Part shown: positions 47,503-56,373 of the stretch, piece after piece
Position numbering within the stretch: the stretch's first letter is position 1
How the letters are laid out: each line of letters starts with the position of its first letter
Virus record (IMG/VR): IMGVR_UViG_3300008448_000047
Direction: 5' to 3' (one strand)
DNA from: an uncultured virus (IMG/VR IMGVR_UViG_3300008448_000047)
Taxonomy: Duplodnaviria; Heunggongvirae; Uroviricota; Caudoviricetes
Length of the DNA: 64,000 bases
Program-made: the position numbers and the translations under genes
The notes under the pieces: model-generated
The model's database searches: none
Seen by the model: the letters and a program-made list of their open reading frames with translations, nothing else
Told to the model about the DNA's origin: nothing

Positions 47503-47973
47503 CTACGGTTCGAACTGCGGAGGGATGCGGCTATCGTTCTTGATGAATATATCTGCGATGTGTATCGCTTCACGAGGTATCGTGCCTGAGTAGGTATAGG
47601 ACACGAGTCCTTCTGGGAGTGCGCCGGCCTTAGCAGCCTGCGTCTCGCTCTCGTTGATAGACAGCTTATCTATATCTAATCGACGTACGTTTATTGCTAA
47701 CACCTGTGCTGTGGTGAAGCTCTTCTTGTCTATGTTCGGCGTCTTTACACCGTTTACGTCGATTATCGTTATTTCGCCTATGCGGGAGAAATCTCGTATC
47801 GCGACGAATCCTGCTGCGAACTGCGGTTCGTTCGTCAAATTGACCACGCCATCAGTATTGTGTTGCAGTCCTGAGACGAGTATGGCGTCTACTGCGTCGG
47901 GGAACGTAGCGTGGTACAGCGTCTCTGGGAGTGTCGTGTTGTCCAAGATACACAGCCTTTCTTTATATCGCAT
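47503..47973 (-). CDS. ADP-ribosyltransferase-fold (Tpt1/KptA-like) protein
   Basis: LYHAT......IL.SGL, V.LT, VL.I, Y...IP..AI. Confidence 0.6.
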   Translation of the reverse strand: MRYKERLCILDNTTLPETLYHATFPDAVDAILVSGLQHNTDGVVNLTNEPQFAAGFVAIRDFSRIGEITIIDVNGVKTPNIDKKSFTTAQVLAINVRRLDIDKLSINESETQAAKAGALPEGLVSYTYSGTIPREAIHIADIFIKNDSRIPPQFEP

Positions 47974-48282
47974 CGTATATATTGTGCTGAATACAGCCTA
48001 AGGGTGGCGGCCTCAACTGTCAATAGCAAACAAAAGTATAGTCACACGGTAGGCGCGCCGGCCTCAACTGTTGTTATCACTTATGGCTTAACTGATAATA
48101 GCGCGACCCCCTATTATCACTTCGCCACTACGGGGCTCTTGTAAACTTTCTCGTCGCCGTCGGTGTGTGTGTGGGAGCGTACGATATTGTTTACAACTCC
48201 CATGTTTCCGCTGGATTTATCCAAACTCCGCTGCTAGAGTAGTGCTATGTTCATCCAGACAGCAAGGCGTAAGTAGCAGCCA

Positions 48283-48355
48283 GCCCTGATAGCTCAATGG
48301 ATAGAGCAACAGACTTCTAATCTGTAGGTTGTAGGTTCGACCCCTACTCAGGGCG
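48283..48355 (+). tRNA. tRNA-Arg(UCU)
   Basis: Cloverleaf; ACAGA-CTTCTAA-TCTGT. Confidence 0.92.
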
Positions 48356-48359
48356 CTTA

Positions 48360-48439
48360 GGGTCCGTGGCGGAATTGGCAGACGCGCTGGTTTTAGGTAC
48401 CAGTTCTACGGAGTGAGGGTTCGAGTCCCTCCGGGCCCA
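48360..48439 (+). tRNA. tRNA-Leu(UAG)
   Basis: Cloverleaf with variable arm; CTGGT-TTTAGGT-ACCAG. Confidence 0.92.
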
Positions 48440-48440
48440 C

Positions 48441-48662
48441 ATGAAACACATTATCCATGTTCATCAGCAGAAGATTCGTAAGTCTCTTGACGCAATCATC
48501 GACCGTACGTACAAGGGCTCTACTCACCATCGCCGGCTTGAGATTATTTGCCCCTGTGGTTGCGACGCTGTGGCGGCAACAGTCGTTCAGTCAGATACCC
48601 CTGACTCGTGTGGTGCGCGCGTATGGATTGAGGCCCAGGAGACAAGACAGATAAGCATATAG
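48441..48662 (+). CDS. Hypothetical protein
   Basis: IIHVHQ..IR...CGARVWIE. Confidence 0.65.
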   Translation: MKHIIHVHQQKIRKSLDAIIDRTYKGSTHHRRLEIICPCGCDAVAATVVQSDTPDSCGARVWIEAQETRQISI

Positions 48663-48719
48663 AGCTTCTGTCATTAAGCATTGGACCGTTGCTGAAAAGA
48701 AGTCCGATGGACGATAAGT

Positions 48720-48772
48720 CATTACTCATTTTGTGGATACCATTACTCATTTTGTGGATACATTGTGGGTAC
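48720..48772. repeat. 21-bp tandem repeat x2 plus partial copy
   Basis: CATTACTCATTTTGTGGATAC x2, then ATTGTGGGTAC. Confidence 0.9.
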
Positions 48773-48836
48773 ATAAAAAATGTGTGCGACCGGCATGTTC
48801 CTGCTAAATTTATCGAAACACAAGAAGGGAATTGGG

Positions 48837-49142
48837 ATGAATGTAACCGACATCATAAATAAGTTGGCAATAGAAGGCGAGCTGTTCGACGACTGGTTTA
48901 CCGATAACGACGGGAACGACTATTTCCCGGGAACAACCATGCTCGAGGCTGCTGAATGCATACAGACCCTTCGTGCGCAGGTGGAAGAGTTGCTGCCGTA
49001 CATGAAGCGCGAGATGGAGTCTTATTTGTCTATTGGTCCACCTCCGGATGGTCATGACGACGACTGCGCAGATTGCCACAGCTACAAATCAGCGGTAGAG
49101 ATACAGCAACGTCTGGCAGACGGGGAGTTTGTTCATGAATAA
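48837..49142 (+). CDS. Hypothetical protein
   Basis: AAGGGA RBS. Confidence 0.6.
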   Translation: MNVTDIINKLAIEGELFDDWFTDNDGNDYFPGTTMLEAAECIQTLRAQVEELLPYMKREMESYLSIGPPPDGHDDDCADCHSYKSAVEIQQRLADGEFVHE

Positions 49143-49208
49143 ATTAAAGCGTCGCTGTGGTGCTGGATAAATTTATCTATACACTGCTGGAAGAAGAAGG
49201 AAATACAG

Positions 49209-49406
49209 ATGAGTGATGATTACACCAAGGAAGACCTACACAAAGACATGGAAGCTTTGCGTAAATTAGGCCTTATAGAAGTTGTTGGCGTTCGTGAAGA
49301 CGGCCAATGGCTATGGGGACCTACTCAATCAGCCTTAAACATGACTGAAGAAGAACGCGCTCAGGCTATATATGACTCGTATCAGGACGGCTCGTTAGAC
49401 GACTGA
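49209..49406 (+). CDS. Small hypothetical protein
   Basis: AAGGA RBS. Confidence 0.6.
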   Translation: MSDDYTKEDLHKDMEALRKLGLIEVVGVREDGQWLWGPTQSALNMTEEERAQAIYDSYQDGSLDD

Positions 49407-49547
49407 CGGCTCCACCGCATCGAGTAGCTGCGACGCTGTTCGTTTCTGCCTAACGCGAGAATTTGCTCTGTTTCCGGGAGGCTCATTATCTTTTCGAGCC
49501 GGCGCTTTTGCTTTCTTTCGCGCTCGTATTCTCTGCGCTTGTCCGGG

Positions 49548-49808
49548 TCACGTATTGGCATTGTCCTCCTGCGTATCTGCTGATTTCATTAAGATATCAC
49601 GAAGCATGTATGCCATATTGTTATAAACATCGAATGCTGCTGCGAATTCTGATGTCTGGTCTTTCCCTGTGGCCATTTTGTTCATTGTCAACTCGGCCAT
49701 TTCTTCGTGGAATATAAATTCACTGATAATTAGGTCAGCAAGACGCTTTGTGTCTATGTCCGTTTTTCTTATTCCAAGGTGTTTTGCTAGTTGGTCGTCA
49801 ATTGACAT
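49548..49808 (-). CDS. Hypothetical protein
   Basis: AAGGAG RBS. Confidence 0.6.
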   Translation of the reverse strand: MSIDDQLAKHLGIRKTDIDTKRLADLIISEFIFHEEMAELTMNKMATGKDQTSEFAAAFDVYNNMAYMLRDILMKSADTQEDNANT

Positions 49809-49941
49809 TGTTCTCCTTAAACAGAAAAGCCTAGGAGGATATTACCCCCTAGGCCGTTCCATACGCGGTGCTGAAACTCGCAGATAAAGGAGTTGCCGCG
49901 CCCTCCAGTATGTGCGCCCTAGCCGAAACTAGGCTCTATTG

Positions 49942-50391
49942 CTAGAGGTCGTACTTATCTGAAAGCATGAGTTCCGACACCTGCGCCGGAGATAACAAAT
50001 ACCCTTTAGCGGGATTGTCAGAGCTGGCGGCGAAGACCGTTTTCTCCATGGTCGATAAGTTCTTGCGAAGATAGCGCTTTATTCTGTCAGTTGCAACAAC
50101 TACGAATGCGCCGTCAAAATGATATTGGTACACCCACCATTTTGCTGTTGTGACGTTGATGCCGCTCAGTACCCAGAGTTCATTTCCTTCAGCATCGCAG
50201 CGGCGTCCAGGCCACTGTTGAGTCTCGATAACCATTTTCCCGTTGCGGTATCGGTCGGTCTTAACTTCTATATGACCGGACGCAATGTCCTGGATAAATT
50301 TATTGATAATCTCTTCGCCCTGCTCACCAAACTCGAGGTCTTTTAAAAAATCCGGAGCGGGTATGTCGTATTTAGGGAAGTATCCAGTCAT
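49942..50391 (-). CDS. PD-(D/E)xK-like nuclease-fold protein
   Basis: DLEFGEQGE...IEVKTD...IE...SGI..T.A.WW. Confidence 0.6.
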   Translation of the reverse strand: MTGYFPKYDIPAPDFLKDLEFGEQGEEIINKFIQDIASGHIEVKTDRYRNGKMVIETQQWPGRRCDAEGNELWVLSGINVTTAKWWVYQYHFDGAFVVVATDRIKRYLRKNLSTMEKTVFAASSDNPAKGYLLSPAQVSELMLSDKYDL

Positions 50392-50504
50392 GCCTACTTA
50401 CTACCAGGAAATCCCAGAAAACACAACTAATAAAAAAATGGTGGGATAGGTTGCGACAGGTATTTCAAGAGGCTAATATTTGAATCTACGAAGGAGGAAT
50501 TCCA

Positions 50505-50750
50505 ATGACAAAAAAGAAACCACGTTCATACTCGGAGCTCAAGCAATCAGGTGAGGTAAAGCGCGGCCGCAAAAAGACCCAGCTTTCCGCTAAGGAAATT
50601 GCCGACCGCAAGGAGCGCGAGAATCTCGCAAACCGCCAACGTCAGGAAGCACGTCGCCGTGCAGCGATGGTACTGCAGCACAACTACCGCGATGAGTTCT
50701 CTGAGCTTTACCAGCGCGAGCTCGCCAACATTCAGTCCGAAGACAACTAA
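50505..50750 (+). CDS. Basic hypothetical protein
   Basis: AAGGAGG RBS. Confidence 0.7.
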   Translation: MTKKKPRSYSELKQSGEVKRGRKKTQLSAKEIADRKERENLANRQRQEARRRAAMVLQHNYRDEFSELYQRELANIQSEDN

Positions 50751-50800
50751 GACTTGTAGCGATGCTGTCTCTGACCATACGAATACAGGCCTAAATGCAG

Positions 50801-50873
50801 GCCCTTGTAGCTCAGTGGTTAGAGCAGCATCCTTATAAGATGTTGGCCGTGGGTTCAATTCCCATCAGGGGCA
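50801..50873 (+). tRNA. tRNA-Ile(UAU)
   Basis: Cloverleaf; GCATC-CTTATAA-GATGT; discriminator A. Confidence 0.85.
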
Positions 50874-50889
50874 CACAGAAGGGAAACTT

Positions 50890-51204
50890 ATGCCAAACAA
50901 CAAAGGGACGCTGGGAGAAATACATGTTGGCGGGGATGACTTCGATGTCGTTTACGTCATCTGGCACACATCAGACCCATCAAACAGATGGTTCGTTACG
51001 GTAGAAGGAACCGGACAGCGAGCAATATTAAAGTCGCTAGTAGATAGACGACCTCACCCTGCAAATCTCGGATATACGCAAGATGCGTGGACGTACAACA
51101 TTGTCGATGAAAAGACTTGGTTGAGAATGAACGCCGGCGGACTTCCAATACCACCAAAAAAATTTCTCATTGCGCAGGGTGATGAGAAAGCATCCGCAAA
51201 CTGA
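50890..51204 (+). CDS. Hypothetical protein
   Basis: AAGGGA RBS. Confidence 0.6.
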   Translation: MPNNKGTLGEIHVGGDDFDVVYVIWHTSDPSNRWFVTVEGTGQRAILKSLVDRRPHPANLGYTQDAWTYNIVDEKTWLRMNAGGLPIPPKKFLIAQGDEKASAN

Positions 51205-51212
51205 AGGAAAAC

Positions 51213-51818
51213 ATGCCCTACGACCAAAACAACAGATGGGTTAAGCCCAAATTGGCCCGACGTCCAATGACTAATCATGTACGTCCAGGAACAAGCAAAT
51301 TAATCAAAGATGACTCAATGAGTCTCTGGCTAGGGCTTCAGACATGGTCTGACTTTGCTCAAAGCCTGCACCAGTACTACTCAACCAATGGCGGCTTCAC
51401 TGAGAAGCAAATGATGTCGGCAGAAAAATTGCGAATCAAAGTTGACCAGAATTATGACCCTTATGGAAAGGGAATTGAGGATGGCGTTTACATAGATGAC
51501 GAATATAAATACATCTTCAAAATTTCTCTCGTAACCAACAGCAACGACAAGCAAATACGGTCAGTGAGAAAGCGTTTGATAGAGATGTCTGGATGGTCGG
51601 ATGTAAAACTTGCATCAAATAAAGCCACACTGTTTGAGTGCATCAAGACAGGTACATTTCGAATGCTAGACAACGACGAACTGATAGCAATTGGAAGAAG
51701 AACAGGAATATGCTGCGACTGCGGCAAGGTTCTCGACAATCCTCAAAGTGTCGCTGCAGGTATCGGGCCGTATTGTGCAAAGATTCGTAAATCCCAGAAT
51801 AAAAAGGAAACGAAATAA
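51213..51818 (+). CDS. DUF6011-like zinc-binding protein
   Basis: CCDCGKVLDNPQSVAAGIGPYC. Confidence 0.75.
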   Translation: MPYDQNNRWVKPKLARRPMTNHVRPGTSKLIKDDSMSLWLGLQTWSDFAQSLHQYYSTNGGFTEKQMMSAEKLRIKVDQNYDPYGKGIEDGVYIDDEYKYIFKISLVTNSNDKQIRSVRKRLIEMSGWSDVKLASNKATLFECIKTGTFRMLDNDELIAIGRRTGICCDCGKVLDNPQSVAAGIGPYCAKIRKSQNKKETK

Positions 51819-51904
51819 ATGAGTGAATTTATATCGATGATTATTGGGCATGTTGCAGTTTTGTGCTGCGGCATTTTTATGGGCAAGTCTTTTAAATAGT
51901 CATT

Positions 51905-51980
51905 GGGCGTGTAGCCCAGCGGCAGAGGCAGGGGACTTAAAATCCCTCAAGCGTGGGTTCGAATCCCACCACGCCCACCA
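51905..51980 (+). tRNA. tRNA-Leu(UAA), short variable loop, CCA encoded
   Basis: GGGGA-CTTAAAA-TCCCT. Confidence 0.88.
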
Positions 51981-51981
51981 A

Positions 51982-52057
51982 GCTTCCGTAGCTCAGCGGA
52001 TAGAGCGCCGGTTTCCTAAACCGTCGGCCGCAGGTTCGAGTCCTGCCGGAAGCGCCA
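51982..52057 (+). tRNA. tRNA-Arg(CCU), CCA encoded
   Basis: Anticodon loop TTCCTAA. Confidence 0.88.
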
Positions 52058-52058
52058 A

Positions 52059-52133
52059 TGGGGAATGGTGTAATTGGCAACACGCCAGGTTTTGGTCCTG
52101 AAGTTCGGGGTTCGAGTCCTCGCTCCCCAACCA
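52059..52133 (+). tRNA. tRNA-Gln(UUG), CCA encoded
   Basis: T1-A72 acceptor; loop TTTTGGT. Confidence 0.88.
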
Positions 52134-52151
52134 ATACAGCAAAAGGAAAGT

Positions 52152-52397
52152 ATGCAATTAGAAACGCTTATTCAATGCCTTCGTAATGAAGGGTTAAATT
52201 TATCCAAAGACGTTGATTCGCCAATTGGTCATATATCTGGTCTTTTGTTGGAGGCCGCCGACGCCATAGAAGAACAGGTGAAACTCGGTGATGAATTACA
52301 TACAGCACTGCATCACGCTTTGCAATGTTCGGAACCAGAGTGTTTGAACTTTGATTCTCTATGCGATTGGTGGGAGCTTACGCGCAGCTATTCGTAA
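52152..52397 (+). CDS. Hypothetical protein
   Basis: AAGGA RBS; LLLEAADAIE motif. Confidence 0.6.
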   Translation: MQLETLIQCLRNEGLNLSKDVDSPIGHISGLLLEAADAIEEQVKLGDELHTALHHALQCSEPECLNFDSLCDWWELTRSYS

Positions 52398-53041
52398 GGG
52401 TTGTTTTCTACAGAACCGATTCGTGTATCTATTCTGGAGCTGCCGCCAGGGTATATGTTGCGTAACCTTTCGCCGTCTGCAGTGGTTATTGCTCCACCGT
52501 GTATTACTTTGCCAGGGCTAAATCCGTAGCAGGCGTTCACAACATCGCACACGCCAAACATCATGACAGAAATCCTCTTGCGTCGCCATTTTGGTGCGGT
52601 AGTAATCTGTTGAATCATCGGGTCACCGGCACGCCAGTTAATCATGCCTGCCCATGAGGACATGTACTCTTTTTCAAGAACTTGAGACGCCTCTGGGCCG
52701 TCTAATACGGTCCCCCAGGGGTATCTGTCGTCTGCGAATCCAAGAAGAATCAAGTGGGCAGGCTGAATGTGTCTCCCATCAAGAAGCACAAACCACATTT
52801 TTACTACTTCGTCTTCTGGTCCAAAAACTTCTTCACGGTAGTACTTAACTACCAGACGACCTTCAGCGTCGACTTCTCCGCGACCCCATTCTGTTGGGTC
52901 ATTACTTGGCAGTTCTTCGTCAGATGTATACCAACGTTTAGGCTGTGCATCCATTCCAGACGACAACCAGCGGATGTCAAAGAAGCGGTCGCTAAGTTTT
53001 TCACCAGTATCTAATGCGTATGTTGATGGGAATTTTGCCAT
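52388..53041 (-). CDS. Hypothetical protein, C-terminal GNAT-like fold possible
   Basis: IQQITTAPKWRRKRIS...TADG. Confidence 0.55.
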   Translation of the reverse strand: MAKFPSTYALDTGEKLSDRFFDIRWLSSGMDAQPKRWYTSDEELPSNDPTEWGRGEVDAEGRLVVKYYREEVFGPEDEVVKMWFVLLDGRHIQPAHLILLGFADDRYPWGTVLDGPEASQVLEKEYMSSWAGMINWRAGDPMIQQITTAPKWRRKRISVMMFGVCDVVNACYGFSPGKVIHGGAITTADGERLRNIYPGGSSRIDTRIGSVENNPYE

Positions 53042-53050
53042 ACGGCAAGA

Positions 53051-53746
53051 CTAGTCGTTCCACCACGCTGTCCATGGTTTTGCTGGAGCAGAAACCGCTT
53101 CTGTATCGTGAATGCCTGTGTATGCAACCGAGATTGTGACCTTTGCATCATCTTCGTATCCTGTCCAGTCGCCACCATTGGCGTAGACGAACATCTGGAG
53201 GAACTCGTCAGTATTCATAACTGCGACATCTGTGGCGTATTTCCGTGCGTTGTACTCAGTTTCGTTATCCCAACTGTTGTTGAACGCAGTTCCTTTATCA
53301 ACAAGTGCCACGGCAGTACTGCGAAGGCTTGACACATTGCCGCCGACCCACGAAGAAGAGGCAAATGCACCGATTCGTCCTGCTGCGTCGTCTGGGTTTC
53401 CAAGCCACATTGTTGGCTTCAGGTCTTCGTCAATGCTGCCAGAATATGTGAAAACATCCTCAAACCCCCATACTAGGTCTGTTGGGTTGTCAATTGCATT
53501 GTGCTGTGTCTTGGAGTTCTTTGATTTGATTACAGCCAAAGACAACTTTCTTTCTGTTGTCTCAACATCTACAGTTTCCCCATCGCCCTGCCATAGACCT
53601 GCTGTTGGGCCGTAATTCTGTTGCGTAGTGAACCAGATTTTCTCAATCTTGACTCGGAACGGAAAAGACACATTCAAGAAAGAAGGGTCGCTGTCTCTGA
53701 CGGTCCATTCATAGTTGACGATTGATGGCGCAATAATTCCGGACAT
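53051..53746 (-). CDS. Hypothetical (possibly virion) protein
   Basis: GAGG RBS; beta-rich. Confidence 0.65.
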   Translation of the reverse strand: MSGIIAPSIVNYEWTVRDSDPSFLNVSFPFRVKIEKIWFTTQQNYGPTAGLWQGDGETVDVETTERKLSLAVIKSKNSKTQHNAIDNPTDLVWGFEDVFTYSGSIDEDLKPTMWLGNPDDAAGRIGAFASSSWVGGNVSSLRSTAVALVDKGTAFNNSWDNETEYNARKYATDVAVMNTDEFLQMFVYANGGDWTGYEDDAKVTISVAYTGIHDTEAVSAPAKPWTAWWND

Positions 53747-53797
53747 GTTTGACCTCGTTCGATATATGAGTACAATACAATTTTAACATCCATACAA

Positions 53798-53871
53798 CCG
53801 GACATAGCGCAGCTTGGTAGCGCACCTGCTTTGGGAGCAGGGGGTCGTAGGTTCAAATCCTGCTGTCCGGA
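53798..53871 (+). tRNA. tRNA-Pro(UGG)
   Basis: CCTGC-TTTGGGA-GCAGG. Confidence 0.92.
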
Positions 53872-53873
53872 CG

Positions 53874-54061
53874 TTAGAGGGCTTGCAGCATGTACAGCTG
53901 TTGGTTAAATGAGGCAAGTAAGAGCGATAGTACTTAAAGCAGAGATTAACGTTAGAGGCATATTAAGGTTATGTGCTGAAAGTTAGGGTTTACCTAACAC
54001 CTTGTTTGAGCGTTACTTTGAAGCTGGCTGGAACCGTTACGAAAGAAGCTAAACCCTCTAA
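53874..54061 (+). ncRNA. Candidate 188-nt structured ncRNA between two tRNAs
   Basis: TTAGAGGG/CCCTCTAA closing stem, nested stems and three hairpins; no ORF in the track. Confidence 0.55.
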
Positions 54062-54064
54062 TTT

Positions 54065-54136
54065 GCCCTTGTAGCTCAGTGGCAGAGCAACCGCCTTGTA
54101 AGCGGTAGGTCGTCAGTTCAATCCTGACCAAGGGCT
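54065..54136 (+). tRNA. tRNA-Thr(UGU)
   Basis: ACCGC-CTTGTAA-GCGGT. Confidence 0.92.
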
Positions 54137-54182
54137 CAAAAAATAGTTGACAAAAAACAAAAAAGGGTATAGCCTTACATTT

Positions 54183-54485
54183 ATGACCTACCTACCTAAT
54201 ACCTGGATGGACTTTTCGCTATGTCGCGGCCAGTCTCACCTATTTTTCCCTTCTCCAAATATTGTGGGGAAAAAACGTGCTGCGCTACAAAAGCAAGCAT
54301 TGGAGATTTGCGCTAAGTGTCCTGTTTCTGAACCGTGTCGTGAATACGGCGTAATGACGCAGTCACTAGGAATATGGGGCGGAGAAACTGAAGAGCAACG
54401 CGGGGAGCGTGGACTTCCTGTATCAATAGATGTCCAGCGCCGTATAAAGCGCCAGCAAGAAAAAGAAAAATCAGTTATAAACTGA
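54183..54485 (+). CDS. whiB: WhiB-family Fe-S transcription factor
   Basis: W....C.G...LFFP...CxxCPV...C...GIWGG. Confidence 0.9.
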   Translation: MTYLPNTWMDFSLCRGQSHLFFPSPNIVGKKRAALQKQALEICAKCPVSEPCREYGVMTQSLGIWGGETEEQRGERGLPVSIDVQRRIKRQQEKEKSVIN

Positions 54486-54490
54486 CAGAC

Positions 54491-54563
<73 letters not shown>

Positions 54564-54747
54564 CTATGGAAAATGAACAAAAATTTGCCGCCGCAGTAGC
54601 TATTGTGGCGATTATTCTAGGGTACGTTGTACTCCTGCTGGGCTGGTGACATGAATTTCTACATGTATTTCAGTGGTCTATTTATAGGCTGTGTCGTCGG
54701 TTATTTCATTGGATTTGCAGCGGGAAACAAAAAGCGAAAGAGATGAC

Positions 54748-54987
54748 ATGAGCGAAACAACATGGACATGGGTCCTTCTTGGGATGGAGTTCCTTGGTGT
54801 TTTTGGCATGTGGAATGTCGGCAACAGAAAATGGTGGGGATGGGCTCTGGTGTTGGTGCACTCCCTACCATGGCTTGCATACTCTATAATTTTCAATAAG
54901 CCTGGATTTATAGCCATGAGCTTTTTATGGATATCTATGCATCTTCGAAACACGGTCAAGTGGTTCCGGGAGCAGCGTCACACCTAG
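54748..54987 (+). CDS. Small PnuC-like membrane protein
   Basis: Three TMs; KWWGW...W..Y...N..KW. Confidence 0.55.
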   Translation: MSETTWTWVLLGMEFLGVFGMWNVGNRKWWGWALVLVHSLPWLAYSIIFNKPGFIAMSFLWISMHLRNTVKWFREQRHT

Positions 54988-54995
54988 GGGGTGTT

Positions 54996-55211
54996 ATGGA
55001 AATTGTTTTATTGGCGATGTGCATATTTTGCGCGTTTGTTCTCGGACGTCTGACCAACTTTAAGTCAGACAAAAAGACCGAAAAATTGAACAATGAGCTG
55101 CGCATAATGACGGAGTCGCGAGATAGATGGCGCGAAAAATACCTCGTGAAAGTCATGAGAGACAAGCTCGAAGAGCTAAACTGCAGGGACCGTGAATCTT
55201 ATAAAGACTAA
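54996..55211 (+). CDS. Membrane-anchored coiled-coil protein
   Basis: N-terminal TM; AGGGGGTG RBS. Confidence 0.55.
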   Translation: MEIVLLAMCIFCAFVLGRLTNFKSDKKTEKLNNELRIMTESRDRWREKYLVKVMRDKLEELNCRDRESYKD

Positions 55212-55308
55212 AACTTTTCAGTTGTTTGCAGCTTGCATTGCATTGTTTGTTGCTGCTAAGTACGGCATCGCGCGCTTAGAGCGTGACCACAATGATATGT
55301 GGGAATAA

Positions 55309-56061
55309 TTAGAAGTCGGAGTGAGCTTCTATAAATTCGAATAAACGTTCTGCTGTTGTGTCGCCGCCATATACGGCAGAAGACTTTAGATAACGAATAA
55401 AGTCATACCATCTACGTTGCTGTGCAGCAGAATCAAACACCAAAGTGTATTGAACTACTGCTTTTTCTGTTCCGCCGGATGTAATAGCCGTACTTCCTTG
55501 CGACACAGCAACGCCAGTGTCAATGTCCGGCCTTGCCTCAAGCCTCTTCTCTCCAGTACTTGGGTCAAGTGCTGCGACGGCTTCTATCGGTCTAACTATC
55601 TCTGGAGCAACATACCCCTGAACGTAGTCTTCGTCATATTTTTCTGCATGCTCTGACAGGGCGGCTATTTCAAAATCATCCCACTGCAACTGTTCAAAAA
55701 GATATGAATAGTCATCTGACACGCTAGACAGCATTTCGAATAACGCCGTTTCATCCGTGTGTCCTAATTCAACAGTTCGGTTGTCTGCAATGGCAAACGC
55801 TATTGCCGCTTTGTCGTCGGCATCAAGAACTATTGCCGCCATTTCAGTCCACCCAAGAGACTTGGCCGCCTGTAGTTGATGGTTCCCAGCAAGAACGGTA
55901 TAAGTACCATCATCGTTATCTTTCACGACAATTGGCTTTACCTGGCCAAACTCATTGTATGAGGCAGCTATCGCATCAACGTTGCCTCGTCTGGGGTTTC
56001 CTTCGAGAGGTAGCAACGACTCTATTGGGAGAGCAAGGCTAGAAAGACTTTCGTGAATCAT
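55309..56061 (-). CDS. ParB-like N-terminal domain protein
   Basis: NPRRG.V..I..S...FGQ.KPIVV...LAGNH.L.AA..LGW...ADNR. Confidence 0.85.
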   Translation of the reverse strand: MIHESLSSLALPIESLLPLEGNPRRGNVDAIAASYNEFGQVKPIVVKDNDDGTYTVLAGNHQLQAAKSLGWTEMAAIVLDADDKAAIAFAIADNRTVELGHTDETALFEMLSSVSDDYSYLFEQLQWDDFEIAALSEHAEKYDEDYVQGYVAPEIVRPIEAVAALDPSTGEKRLEARPDIDTGVAVSQGSTAITSGGTEKAVVQYTLVFDSAAQQRRWYDFIRYLKSSAVYGGDTTAERLFEFIEAHSDF

Positions 56062-56303
56062 AATTCCATATTTTCAGTTGTCTGCAAAGACAAAGCTACG
56101 ACGAACTTAGACTCGGATTTAATTTCTATCAACTCTAAGCCGAGGATATGGATAACCGCTCTGGCCAGCTCGCCCATAGAGTTGTCTAGTTCAATAAGGT
56201 CCTTGTCGGACAAGTCTCCAGGGTCCGTCATGTCTAGAAACTCTTCTTTTATATGGTTTTGGATGGCCGAAATGGCCTGGGAAAATTTCTGGTCGTTTGA
56301 CAT
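56058..56303 (-). CDS. Hypothetical acidic protein
   Basis: ATGA coupling to ParB-like gene. Confidence 0.6.
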   Translation of the reverse strand: MSNDQKFSQAISAIQNHIKEEFLDMTDPGDLSDKDLIELDNSMGELARAVIHILGLELIEIKSESKFVVALSLQTTENMEL

Positions 56304-56373
56304 TGCAACACTCTATCACTGGCGCTATAGTTAGTTCCACATCGGCTACGGCCACAACATGAGGAGAAAAAAA

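Noticed and set aside
51905..51980. tRNA-Leu(UAA) lacking a long variable arm as a novelty or recoding tRNA
   Set aside because: From recall, short-arm Leu(UAA) tRNAs occur in Actinobacteria; the anticodon reads UUA, not a stop; no suppressor tRNA was seen and genes end normally at all three stops
51844..52134. ORFs overlapping tRNA genes (also 50547..50858, 43682..43870, 53674..53856)
   Set aside because: Artefacts of tRNA sequence
53874..54061. Assignment as tmRNA, RNase P, SRP, hammerhead, twister or pistol RNA
   Set aside because: Conserved cores of these families could not be found by eye
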